This document shows, piece by piece, positions 1 through 8,606 of a stretch of 13,910 nt of DNA (the stretch's first letter is position 1; every line of letters begins with the position of its first letter). Source of the DNA: Octopus sinensis (lineage: Eukaryota); NCBI RefSeq assembly GCF_006345805.1, contig NW_021825998.1:1-13910 (forward strand), written 5' to 3'. The position numbers and the translations under genes are program-made. The notes below the pieces were generated by a model. The model worked only from the letters and a program-made list of their open reading frames with translations. It made no database searches and was not told where the DNA came from.

Positions 1-2374
1 ACCACGACTCTTGGCAAGAGAGGCAAAGTGTTGCGAAGGTGCCATGACAGTAGTGGATGTGCGGACACAAAGGCAGATTGGGCGAGGGACAAATCGCCAG
101 GTTTGGATCATCTGCACTTCGATCTTTACAATTGTATGCCAGACTTGTTTGGAGGTGTCTTGGCAACAGTGTTCTGCAACTGGCAGCAAAATGGGAGCAT
201 AACCCAGATTTGTGAGCCAAAGATTTGTAATGTTGCTAAAGAAAGATCCAACAAGGGGGACATAGTAGATTACTTTAGGCCCATCACTCTGCTCAATGCA
301 GACTTTAAAATCTTGGCCAAGGTGCTAGCCAAGAGGTCGGTGCTTGTCATTGCAAAACTGGTTCTCAAGGCGCAAACGTGCGCTGTGCTGGGTCAGAGCA
401 TCCATGCCACCCTCCACCTCATGCGCTACATCATAGAGAGGGTGGTTAAGGAATCTGGCATGTGTGGGGCACTGATCAATTTGGATCAATCTAAAGCTTT
501 CGACAGGGTAGACCATTAATACTTGAAAGCTATCCTCATAACTGCTGGGTTTGGTCCCACTTTCCGTGGCTGGATCGCTGCCCTATACAAAGGCATCTGA
601 TCGGTAATTCGCGTGAATGGGCATCTATCAAGACCAATCGACATTGCACATTCAGTCCATCAGGGATGTCCCCTCTTGTCACTTCTGTACATGTTGACTC
701 TTGAACCACTACTGTGGAAGCTAGCGCTGTTGAGGGGCATCCCACGAGAATTGGGATGTGGGACGAGCGTGTCCCACCATTATAGTGCCTATCCACAACT
801 ACATTGAGCTTGTCAGAGATACACTGAAAGACTAGGAAGTGGTGATAGGAGGGAAAATCAGCCAGGAAAAGTCAATGGGCTTGCAGCTTGTCACCTGGGG
901 AAGCAAGCCCATGCTGTCCAAAAACAGTGCCTCCGTCGTGGGAGGCTGGACCGACAGGCCAGTCGAGTTGCTCAGGACCTCCAAAAGAAGAAGAACTAGG
1001 ATGTGATAATGAGTAGGGTGGCCACTCTTGCCCGGCAATGGGCTGAGAGGAAGCTGTCCCCAATAGGTCAAGCAGAGATGGCGAAGTCGAACACCACATC
1101 CCTCATCTAATACGACCTGACCGTCGTGCTTGTCCTAACCCTACCATCACCAAACTGGAATGCATCCTCTTCCACTTCTTGTGGAAAGGAAGTGTTCCTT
1201 TCGATGACAGGTGATCTGTTTGTTGCCAACACCTGCTAAAAGGAGGGATGGGCACAATGTTGTTGATGATGTGCAGACATGCGCTGAGACTGCATCATCT
1301 CTGACTCTATGTAGACGACAGTGAAGAGGTGTGGTCGCCGTTTGTGAGGCGCATTTTCTTGCAGCTTGTCTCCATGACCGAACTGCAGTCATGGATCAAA
1401 AAGAGTCCAAGGAAGGGCAAATGGCACAGCGAGTGTCACATTGCTCTTGAGCAAGGATGCTGCCCCGGGTTGACCTTGAGCAACTGCATTGCAACCAAAG
1501 CATTCTGTTGGGGATTAATGGAGAGGTGGTATGACGATGATCCTGGGGCAAACCTGGGCGTAAACGAGGAATACCTGACCTGCCTGTTCAAGATGACTTT
1601 CGGGCCAGGACCTATGTTCAACTTCCAGAGATACCTGGCCTGGCAATGCTATCGAGAAGCACTACCCCTCAAGACAGGGTCTACAGTCATGGCTCAAGAA
1701 ACACGAGGTCGAGATGTGGACAGAGCGACGAAATCTTTCTCCATGCACTCGTACAGTGTCCAACCATTTCCGACCTGTGGGCCTATGTCGAACGACTGCT
1801 ATCGCGTGTGGGACAAGTCGGATTATCAGCCGAGTCTAGTCTATCATCAATATTCTTTTCTACTATAGGCACAAGGTCCGAAATTTTGGAGGAGGGAGCC
1901 AGTTGATTACATCGACACCAGTACGCAATAAGTACTTAATTTATTGACCCGAAAGGATGAATCGCAAAGTCGACCTTGATAGAATTTGAACTCAGAATAT
2001 AAAGACAGATGAAATACTGCTAAGCATTTTGCCCGGTGTGCTAACGTTTCTGCCAGCTAGCCGCCTCAGAGTCTATTGTCACGCCTCCTTCCTTCAAACG
2101 GGAAGGAAGAGCCATTTTCATTTTACATGTGGCTATGGCAAAAGAATGTATATGGTCAAGGCGTCTGAAAGGTCTAGAGACAAACACTTTCGTCTCTGGT
2201 CAATCTCTCATCAACCTCTTCAAGTATCACTTGAAGAGGAAGCTGAGCGTAGAGAGGGACATTTTGTCTAGTGAATACTTCAAACAAAGATGTGTGAATG
2301 TAGCAAGGATGGCACGTGTGAATGACGGAGCCACGTTGAGCATAATCCTACGAACCAGAAAAACAAAGGAGTAA
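1..2374 (+). pseudogene. Disabled LINE ORF2 (reverse transcriptase plus C-terminal CCHC knuckle)
   Basis: Frame 1 has in-frame stops TAA (517-519) and TGA (598-600). There are frameshifts or deletions near 773, ~980, ~1130 and ~1670, and a SINE insertion at 1839-2068. The YADD motif is missing. Confidence 0.85.
1839..2068 (-). mobile_element. tRNA-derived SINE, family A copy 1 (resembles octopus OR/OK-type SINEs)
   Basis: The minus strand starts AGGCGGCTAGCTGGCAGAA (A-box-like), has B-box GAGTTCAAATTCT (plus 1981-1993) and ends in a degenerate ATT/GAT tail. It is flanked by the direct repeat GAGTCTA (1832-1838, 2069-2075). Homologues occur at 5765-5975 and 7627-7833. Confidence 0.85.
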
Positions 2375-3046
2375 AAGAGAGCCACTTACTGTAATGCATT
2401 TTTGTTTTTACATGACGTAATTGCCCAAGGTTACCGTGGTCTTTTCTGTAAGCTTTTCTTTCCACAGATAAAATTATTCTGTTTTCCTTTTTACATTTAT
2501 GACATTTCTGTGATACCCGATCGCTATTGATTTGAATCTTATCTCCCCCCCATCTTCCCCAAGAAGAAAAGCTCTGCATTGTATTTTGTCTCCTCTGTGT
2601 TCAGCCCTGTGTGGCTAATTAAGAAACATATCTTTCTGTCTGTCTGTTTGTTTATTACCTGCTTTTTGGCTTAGAAGTTGGCATCCCAGTCATATGTACG
2701 CCTGTATGTATGCATGTCTCAGAATATGACGTCAAGAAATGCAGCATTCCTGTGCACCAGTTTCGTATGGTGTGCATACAATGATTATAATTTAACTGTT
2801 ATCAAATTTCTGGCTGCTTATTCAAAAATGAAATGAAGAACAACTTTCAAAAGAAACATATTTATTGCTTTAAAATAAATTCAAAGAAACAATATTGAAA
2901 ATGTAAAAGAAAAACAGGAAAGAATTTAAATTAAAATCACTCCCCATGGAGATGGAATATTCTGAAAGTTTAGACACTGCCACTCCTTTTCTCTTTCACA
3001 CACACACCACACACACACATGGTGCTGGCATGGCTGTTTTCCTTAC

Positions 3047-3141
3047 CAACCACCACCACCACCACCACCACCACCACCACCACCACCACAAATGTCAACA
3101 AGCTGCCAAATAAAGGCCTACTTCTGAATCTGAATAATTTC
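3047..3141 (-). other. Candidate 95-bp internal exon (speculative)
   Basis: The minus strand shows an acceptor CTATTCACTCTTATTACAG|G and a donor TG|GTAAGG. Only one frame is open: KLFRFRSRPLFGSLLTF followed by V14. Confidence 0.2.
3051..3089. repeat. (CAC)13 microsatellite; a (CA)n tract lies just upstream at ~2997-3019
   Basis: Read directly from the sequence. Confidence 0.95.
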
Positions 3142-3239
3142 CTGTAATAAGAGTGAATAGGATTCTGAGAAAAACAGCTTCTATCCTTGGCCTAGATTTA
3201 AAACGCAATTCTTGGAAGTAAACGACAACCGGATGGAAT

Positions 3240-3705
3240 TCATGATTGTAACTTGACCTGCACAAAACAGCAAGTAAATCACCCTCAAATCAAACACTAC
3301 TCCTTATGTAAATAATAAATATACTTATGTATAACCAACAAGTGAATGCTCTACATAGTAGCTAGACGTCCCTCAAGTTGTAATCTCTTATGTATGTATA
3401 TATGAGCCAATAATGGAGTCCCGTATACGGTTGCTAGACCTTTTGGAAACAGCAACCAAATCTCTCAAATCAAACACTACCGTCTTATGTATATATCTTT
3501 GTATACTTAAGTAAGATGGCCCACCACATGCTAGCTGCACTTGTTAGAAATAACAGCTACCCCTCACTCAAATCACACCATACACTCTGATCATTGTATA
3601 TGGGTATGAGCCAACAAGTGGGACCTCTGCATTGTAACTAGTCCTGGCAGAAATAGCAGCCAAAACTCACTGAATCACAGCTGTCTGTCTATCTATTTGT
3701 CTGTC
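3240..3705 (+). repeat. Head-to-tail cluster of about 5 diverged copies of a ~90-100-bp short element (core CTGCTAGAAATAGCAGCCAAATC..TCAAATCACAC)
   Basis: Recurring motifs: TGAGCCAA (3403, 3607), GAAA(T/C)A(G/A)CAG (3447, 3546, 3650) and TCAAATCA(A/C)AC (3285, 3466, 3566). Confidence 0.65.
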
Positions 3706-3721
3706 TGTCTGTTTGTCTATC

Positions 3722-3755
<34 letters not shown>

Positions 3756-3769
3756 ACATATACATACAT
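3683..3769. repeat. Compound (TCTG)/(TA)n microsatellite
   Basis: Read directly from the sequence. Confidence 0.9.
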
Positions 3770-3994
3770 TCTTTTATTCTTGTACATTTATTTATTCTTT
3801 TATTTGTTTCAGTTATTTCACTGTGGCCCTGCTGGAGCACCACCTTACTGGGTTTCTGTCAAACAAATCTTTGTAACTTTAGTACTTATTCTATCAGTCT
3901 CTTTTGTCAAATCAAAGTCACAGGGACATAAACAGACCAACATCGGTTGTCATACGATGGTGATGTGTGGTGTAGGGTAGACACACACAAATGA

Positions 3995-4047
<53 letters not shown>

Positions 4048-4295
4048 ATATATAATATACTATATATATATATGTATGTATATGTATATGTACATATATA
4101 TATATACACATACATATACATATAGATACACATACATACATATATGATGGGCTTCTTTCAGTTTCCATCTAGCAGATCCACTCACAAGGCTTTGGTTGGC
4201 TTAGGGTCATTTAAAAGACACTTGCCTAAGGTGCCACACAGTAGGATTGAACCTGGAAACATGTGGTTGGGAAGCAAACTTCTTATGACAGAGCC
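3770..4295 (-). mobile_element. tRNA-derived SINE, family B copy 1, with an internal (TA)n microsatellite
   Basis: The minus-strand head has B-box GGTTCAATCC (plus 4244-4253) and a degenerate A-box. A TA tract lies at ~3994-4143. The 3' half (plus TGTTTCAGT..GCTGGAGCAC..GTACTTATTCTATCAGTCTCTTTTG..CAGACCAACAT) matches 5459-5665. Confidence 0.8.
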
Positions 4296-4329
4296 TGGCC
4301 GATGCCAGTTTGCATTACTGGTACCTGTG

Positions 4330-5260
4330 TCGACTCGTTTCTTCCCGATTGTCTTCCCACACACATTCCTAAACGACACCAAGGTATACTCCAACATGTT
4401 GGTTCCATTCCTTCCTCTGCCGATTTTACTCGTTGTCTTGTTGTTTCTGTCAATTCTGGGGCACCAGTCTCAAGGATTTTATTTCAGAAAATCGACCCCA
4501 AACATATTCCCTCCGTCCCTTCTACTCAAACAACAAACTAACCTAGGCACAAAGCTTTGGAAAGGAGACTTTATAAAAAAATATGTGATACATTCCTTTA
4601 ACTGTTGTTTCTAGCTTCAACTTGTATTTAATTGTGCATTTGTAACTATTTTATAGACTTGCTGCTAGAAATAGCAGTCAAAACTCACTGAATCACAGCT
4701 GTCTATATCTATTTGTCTTATATGGTTTTCCAGTTTTGTATTAATTTCTTTGGAATAATTAAATGGAAAATGAAGTCTAATTTAGAAAAGGAAACGAAAT
4801 TCATGATGTATAAGAAGTAAATGAAAGCAAGGGCTGCTAGAAATAGCAGCCAAATCTACGTCGAAACAGCATCATACTGCCTCACGTAACTCCATCCATA
4901 TTTATATATGAGCCGATAAAAATTGAAGCCAATGAAAATGATAGCTAGATTTGTTTGAAATAGCAGCCAAATGTCCCTCCAATCTGCTGTAGTTCTGAAA
5001 TTAACTTCAGTCTATAAATTCTACACCTATTTGTCACGCAAAACAAGACAAATACAAAGGGTCCATTAAACTGAGACGTTTCCTATGCTAGAAACAACAG
5101 CAAGACTTGAGCAAAAATATATGCGAAGAAGGATACAGAAAATACTGAGAGGGAGGCAGAAAGAAAAGACATTTAAATATAGAATGTTTCAATGCTTAAT
5201 GGATGCCAGAGTTACTGCTAGAAATAGCAGCCAAATCTCACATCTGTCTGTTTATCTATC
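4330..5260. repeat. Tandem segmental duplication, unit 1 (homologous to ~6490-7340)
   Basis: GGTTCCATTCCTTCCTCTGCCGA is identical at 4401 and 6561. 4981-5040 and 7061-7120 match at 51/60 bases without gaps. Confidence 0.9.
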
Positions 5261-5261
5261 A

Positions 5262-5442
5262 AAGGGGTTCCCAACCTTTTTTATGCCCTGCACCCTAAAA
5301 ACCTTTAATATGTTCTCACACCCCTTAAAGTAATAGTTTATATAAGAATAAAGGTGCCCGGAGCAATTGCCGACTTTGACCCCATATAAATCCAGCCCTG
5401 CTCGCACCCCCAAGCGTGTGTGCACCCTGGTGGGACACCCTG
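5262..5442. mobile_element. hAT-like MITE (~180 bp)
   Basis: The left end AAGGGGTTCCCAACC and right end GGTGGGACACCCTG are imperfect copies of the hAT-type TIR CAGGGGTTCCCAACC. Internal (G/A)CACCC subterminal repeats are present, and ATCTA on both flanks is a possible degenerate 8-bp TSD. Confidence 0.6.
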
Positions 5443-5764
5443 CATCTAAATATATTACATTCTTTGTTTCTTTTACTTGTTTCAGTTATTTGACTGCGGC
5501 CATGCTGGAGCACTGCCTTAAAGGGTTTTAGTCAAACAAATCGACCCCAGGATTTATTCTTCGTAAGCCGAGGACTTATTCTATCAGTCTCTTTTGCCAA
5601 ACTAACTTAAAGGGTTGTAAACAGACCAACATAGGTTGTCAAGTGATGGTTATTGGGGTGGGGTTCAGATATACACACATGAATATATATATTATATATA
5701 TTATATATATATATATACACAAACACAGATATATACACTCACACACATATATATATATCTGTTG

Positions 5765-5975
5765 TACTATAGGCACAAGGCCTGAAAGTTTGGCGGGTCG
5801 GGGTGGGGGCGAGTTGATAACATCGACTCCAATGTTTCACTGGTACTTCATTTATTGACCCTGAAAGGTTGAAAGGCAAAGTTGACCCTGACGAAATTTG
5901 AACTCAGAATATATTGACAGGTGAAACACCGTTAAGTACTTTGTCCGGTGCACTAACAATTCTGCCAGCTCACCT
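5765..5975 (-). mobile_element. SINE family A copy 2 (nested in SINE B copy 2)
   Basis: Colinear with 1860-2066 (TACTATAGGCACAAGG..TTTATTGACCC.GAAAGG..AATTTGAACTCAGAA..TTCTGCCAGCT). The B-box is at plus 5893-5905. Confidence 0.85.
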
Positions 5976-5997
5976 CTCTCTCTCTGTATATATATAC

Positions 5998-6044
<47 letters not shown>

Positions 6045-6047
6045 TAT

Positions 6048-6091
<44 letters not shown>

Positions 6092-6102
6092 ATGTATGTA
6101 TG

Positions 6103-6184
<82 letters not shown>

Positions 6185-6208
6185 ATTCGAGACAAAACCA
6201 CTATATTA

Positions 6209-6240
<32 letters not shown>
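5976..6240. repeat. Long (TA)n-dominated microsatellite
   Basis: Read directly from the sequence. Confidence 0.95.
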
Positions 6241-6241
<1 letters not shown>

Positions 6242-6489
6242 AGGTAAAAATTTACGATGGGCTTCTTTAGTTTCCGCCAACCAAATTCTACCCACAAGGC
6301 TTTGGTTGGCCAGATGCTGTAGTAGAAGACACTTGTCCAAGTTGTCATACAGTGGGACTGAACCCCCGAGTGTGTGGTTGGGAAACAAGCTTCTTACCAC
6401 ACAGCCACACCTGTATGTGAATGCATGTTGTATAGTTAGATGGAGGGAGATATATAATATATAAGTACAAATGTATATACATAGATATC

Positions 6490-7340
6490 AATCCATTCGT
6501 TTGTTCCCAGTCGTCTTCCCACACACACTCCTAAACGATGCAAAGATATTCTCCTAAATGGGTTCCATTCCTTCCTCTGCCGAATACATCCATACTCTTG
6601 TTGCTTATGCTGATTTAGGGGCACCAGTCTCACAGATTTTATTTCAGAAAACCGACCCCCATCCCCTATACATATTCACTCAGTCTCTTGTACTGAAGCA
6701 CAAACTTTACGTAGACACACGTTTTTGGAAAGGAAACTGTGTAAAAAGAAACATGAAATACTTCTATATAGCTGCTGTTTCTAGCATATGTAAGTGTGTG
6801 TTTGTAACTAGTTTTGGTTGTTGTATTAATTTCACTGTAATACTTAAATGCAAATTAAAGTTTAATTTAATGAGAAAATTAAATTAATCATGTGTAAAAT
6901 GCAAACGAATGCCAGAGCTGCTAGATATAGCAGCCAAATCTACGTTGAAACAACATCATACCATCTCTTCTAACTCCATACATATTTATATATTAACTGA
7001 TGAAAGCTGAAGTGTACATGATAGCTAGAGTTGTTTGAAATAGCAGCTAAATGCCCCTCCAATCTACTGTTCTTCTGAAATTAATTGCAGTTTATAAATT
7101 GTACACCTATTTGTCACACGACACAAATCCAATACAACAGGTCCATGAAACTGAGACATTTCATATGCTAGAAACAACAGCGAAAGTTTAGCAAAAATAT
7201 ATGCAAAGACGGACACAGAAAACGAGAGAAGGATGCAGAAAAAACAAGATCTAAATATATAACGTATCAATGCTTAATGTACAGTAGACCTGCTGCAAGA
7301 AATAACAGCCAAATCTCAGAGCCATCCATCTATCCATTTG
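6490..7340. repeat. Tandem segmental duplication, unit 2 (homologous to ~4330-5260)
   Basis: Colinear with unit 1 at an offset of 2160 (left part) to 2080 (right part). Confidence 0.9.
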
Positions 7341-7626
7341 TCTGTTACTCTCTTTCTTCTCAGAATTTGGATCAGAAATTTTCCTTGTAATCTTCACCCA
7401 CATCGACATTCAGTCCCAGGGCACCCATGGAGACTTCCGCTTTCTACCATACACATATGTGATCATTCTTTGTCTAAAGAAAACAAGGCCTGGAATTCTA
7501 GTAGAGGCAACTAATTGACTCCAACGACCCTGCGTGTGAACGATTCTGTCACCTCATCGGCTTATACACACACACACACACACACATACTATAACAGATC
7601 TATCTACCCCTCTCTCTCTAATTCAC

Positions 7627-7833
7627 TTTTTACTATTAGCACAAGGCCTGCAATTACTGTGGGCAACTAATCAATTACTTCATCCTTAGTATTTGACTGG
7701 TACTTAATTTATTGACCCTGGAACGATGAAATGGATAAATCGACCGAGGCAGAACTTGAACTCACAACATGAAGCTGTAAAAAATGCGATTAAGCATTTC
7801 CTCCAGCATGGCAACGATTCTACCAATTTCCCC
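7627..7833 (-). mobile_element. SINE family A copy 3 (more diverged)
   Basis: The motifs TACTATTAGCACAAGGCCTG, ACTGGTACTTAATTTATTGACCC and AGAACTTGAACTC (B-box, 7751-7763) occur in the same order as in copies 1 and 2. Confidence 0.75.
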
Positions 7834-7881
7834 ACTGATACACACACACACACACACACCATAGCAACAATAATATATATC

Positions 7882-8297
7882 AATATAGTTGTACTAATAC
7901 ATCTCCTTCTAGAAATAGCAGTCAAATCTCCTGAAATCACACATCATACTGTGTAATATCTGAGGGGATTATCTGCAATGAAAGTAGGCTCGTTGGAATT
8001 ACCAATTAATTACAGCGTACTCTCTTATGTGTGTCTAATGAGGCCATGCAGGACCCCTATCTGGTGACTAGACCACTTTCGGTAAATGTCGATTTAACCC
8101 GTCCCCTTAAAATTTCTGGCGTGGATGAGGAACTATAATTCTTTTTGAGGTCTGGGAGTCACTTCTTGTATATCTGTGAATATAGTTGTATCGATATTTT
8201 CTCTTGCAGAAATAGCAGTCAAATCCCTTTAAATCACACATTATAGTGTGTAATGCCTGAAGGAAATATTTGCATTGTGACTCAGTTTGTTAGAAAT
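7882..8297 (+). repeat. Second cluster of the short hairpin-core element, with a ~297-bp-period local duplication
   Basis: AATATAGTTGTA..AGAAATAGCAGTCAAATC..AAATCACACAT..TGTGTAAT occurs at 7882-7957 and 8179-8254. 8022-8085 resembles 3386-3450. Confidence 0.65.
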
Positions 8298-8317
8298 AGA
8301 GAGAGAGAGAGAGAGAG
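8298..8317. repeat. (AG)n microsatellite
   Basis: Read directly from the sequence. Confidence 0.9.
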
Positions 8318-8387
8318 GATGAGCGAGTGAAAAAGAAGGTGCTATATGGAGGGATCGATGGAATAAATACAAGGCTTAACACAAAGA

Positions 8388-8482
8388 TGTACTGGGTTCA
8401 ATTCTTCGACTAGAAATTCTTCAAGGTGTTGCTCCAGCATGGCCACAGTCTAATGTCTGAAACACGTTAAAGATAAAAGATA
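8388..8482 (+). mobile_element. 3' tail fragment of a family-B-related SINE
   Basis: CTTCAAGGTGTTGCTCCAGCATGGCCACAGTCTAATGTCTGAAACA is the reverse-complement homologue of 5479-5525 (TGTTTCAGTTATTTGACTGCGGCCATGCTGGAGCACTGCCTTAAAG). Confidence 0.7.
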
Positions 8483-8606
8483 CACACAGACACAGGCATA
8501 CTTTTATGCATTTGTTTTGCCGGATTCTTCATGTGAAGTTGCGTGTTGAAAGAGACATTGTTGTATTTCATGATGGTCATGTCCTTTCTTTCATTACATA
8601 ATAAAT

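Larger units (their letters stand above)
1..2632 (+). mobile_element. Decayed non-LTR retrotransposon, Tx1/L1 clade (3' part of ORF2 plus 3' UTR; 5' part outside the window or truncated)
   Basis: Translated motifs: KSPGLD, RPITLLNADFKILAKVLAKR, LDQSKAFDRVDH, QGCPL, EKSMGLQL, FLWKG and the C-terminal zinc knuckle RCGQSDEIFLHALVQCP. These match L1/Tx1-type ORF2. The ORF2 stop at 2372-2374 is followed by a T-rich UTR ending near AAGAAACATA (~2630). Confidence 0.85.
5459..6413 (-). mobile_element. SINE family B copy 2, split by a family A SINE inserted in its internal microsatellite
   Basis: The 5' head at 6256-6413 has minus-strand GTGGCTGTGTGGTAAGAAG (A-box) and GGGTTCAGTCCC (B-box). The 3' half lies at 5459-5665. 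The order matches the copy at 3770-4295. Confidence 0.8.

Noticed and set aside
3713-4168. YI/IY/CV-rich ORFs in the track (also 5643-6400, 10020-10686)
   Set aside because: They are translation artefacts of (TA)n/(TG)n microsatellites.
1981-6413. tRNA genes suggested by A/B boxes
   Set aside because: The boxes are the heads of SINEs. No cloverleaf can be formed, and each continues into a shared SINE body.
6500-6784. Selenoprotein-like CxxU (SCCLC-TGA) in a long plus frame
   Set aside because: The paralogue has CAA at the TGA position and a different upstream frame. I found no start context or SECIS element.
6997-7050. Hammerhead ribozyme (CTGATGA...GAAA)
   Set aside because: Stem II is weak, and the paralogous site (~4913) reads CCGATAA, so the core is not conserved.
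7345-7530. Plus-strand acceptor (CTCTCTTTCTTCTCAG) and following short frames
   Set aside because: All frames close within about 50 codons, I recognise no motif, and no clear donor is present.
3240-8297. CRISPR-like array (palindromic repeat with variable spacers)
   Set aside because: The repeats are highly degenerate, spacing is irregular (90 to over 1000 bp), the spacers are mutually homologous, there are no cas genes and the context is eukaryotic.
8500-8590. Possible fragment of another common octopus repeat
   Set aside because: The resemblance is from memory only, and there is no second copy in the window to confirm it.
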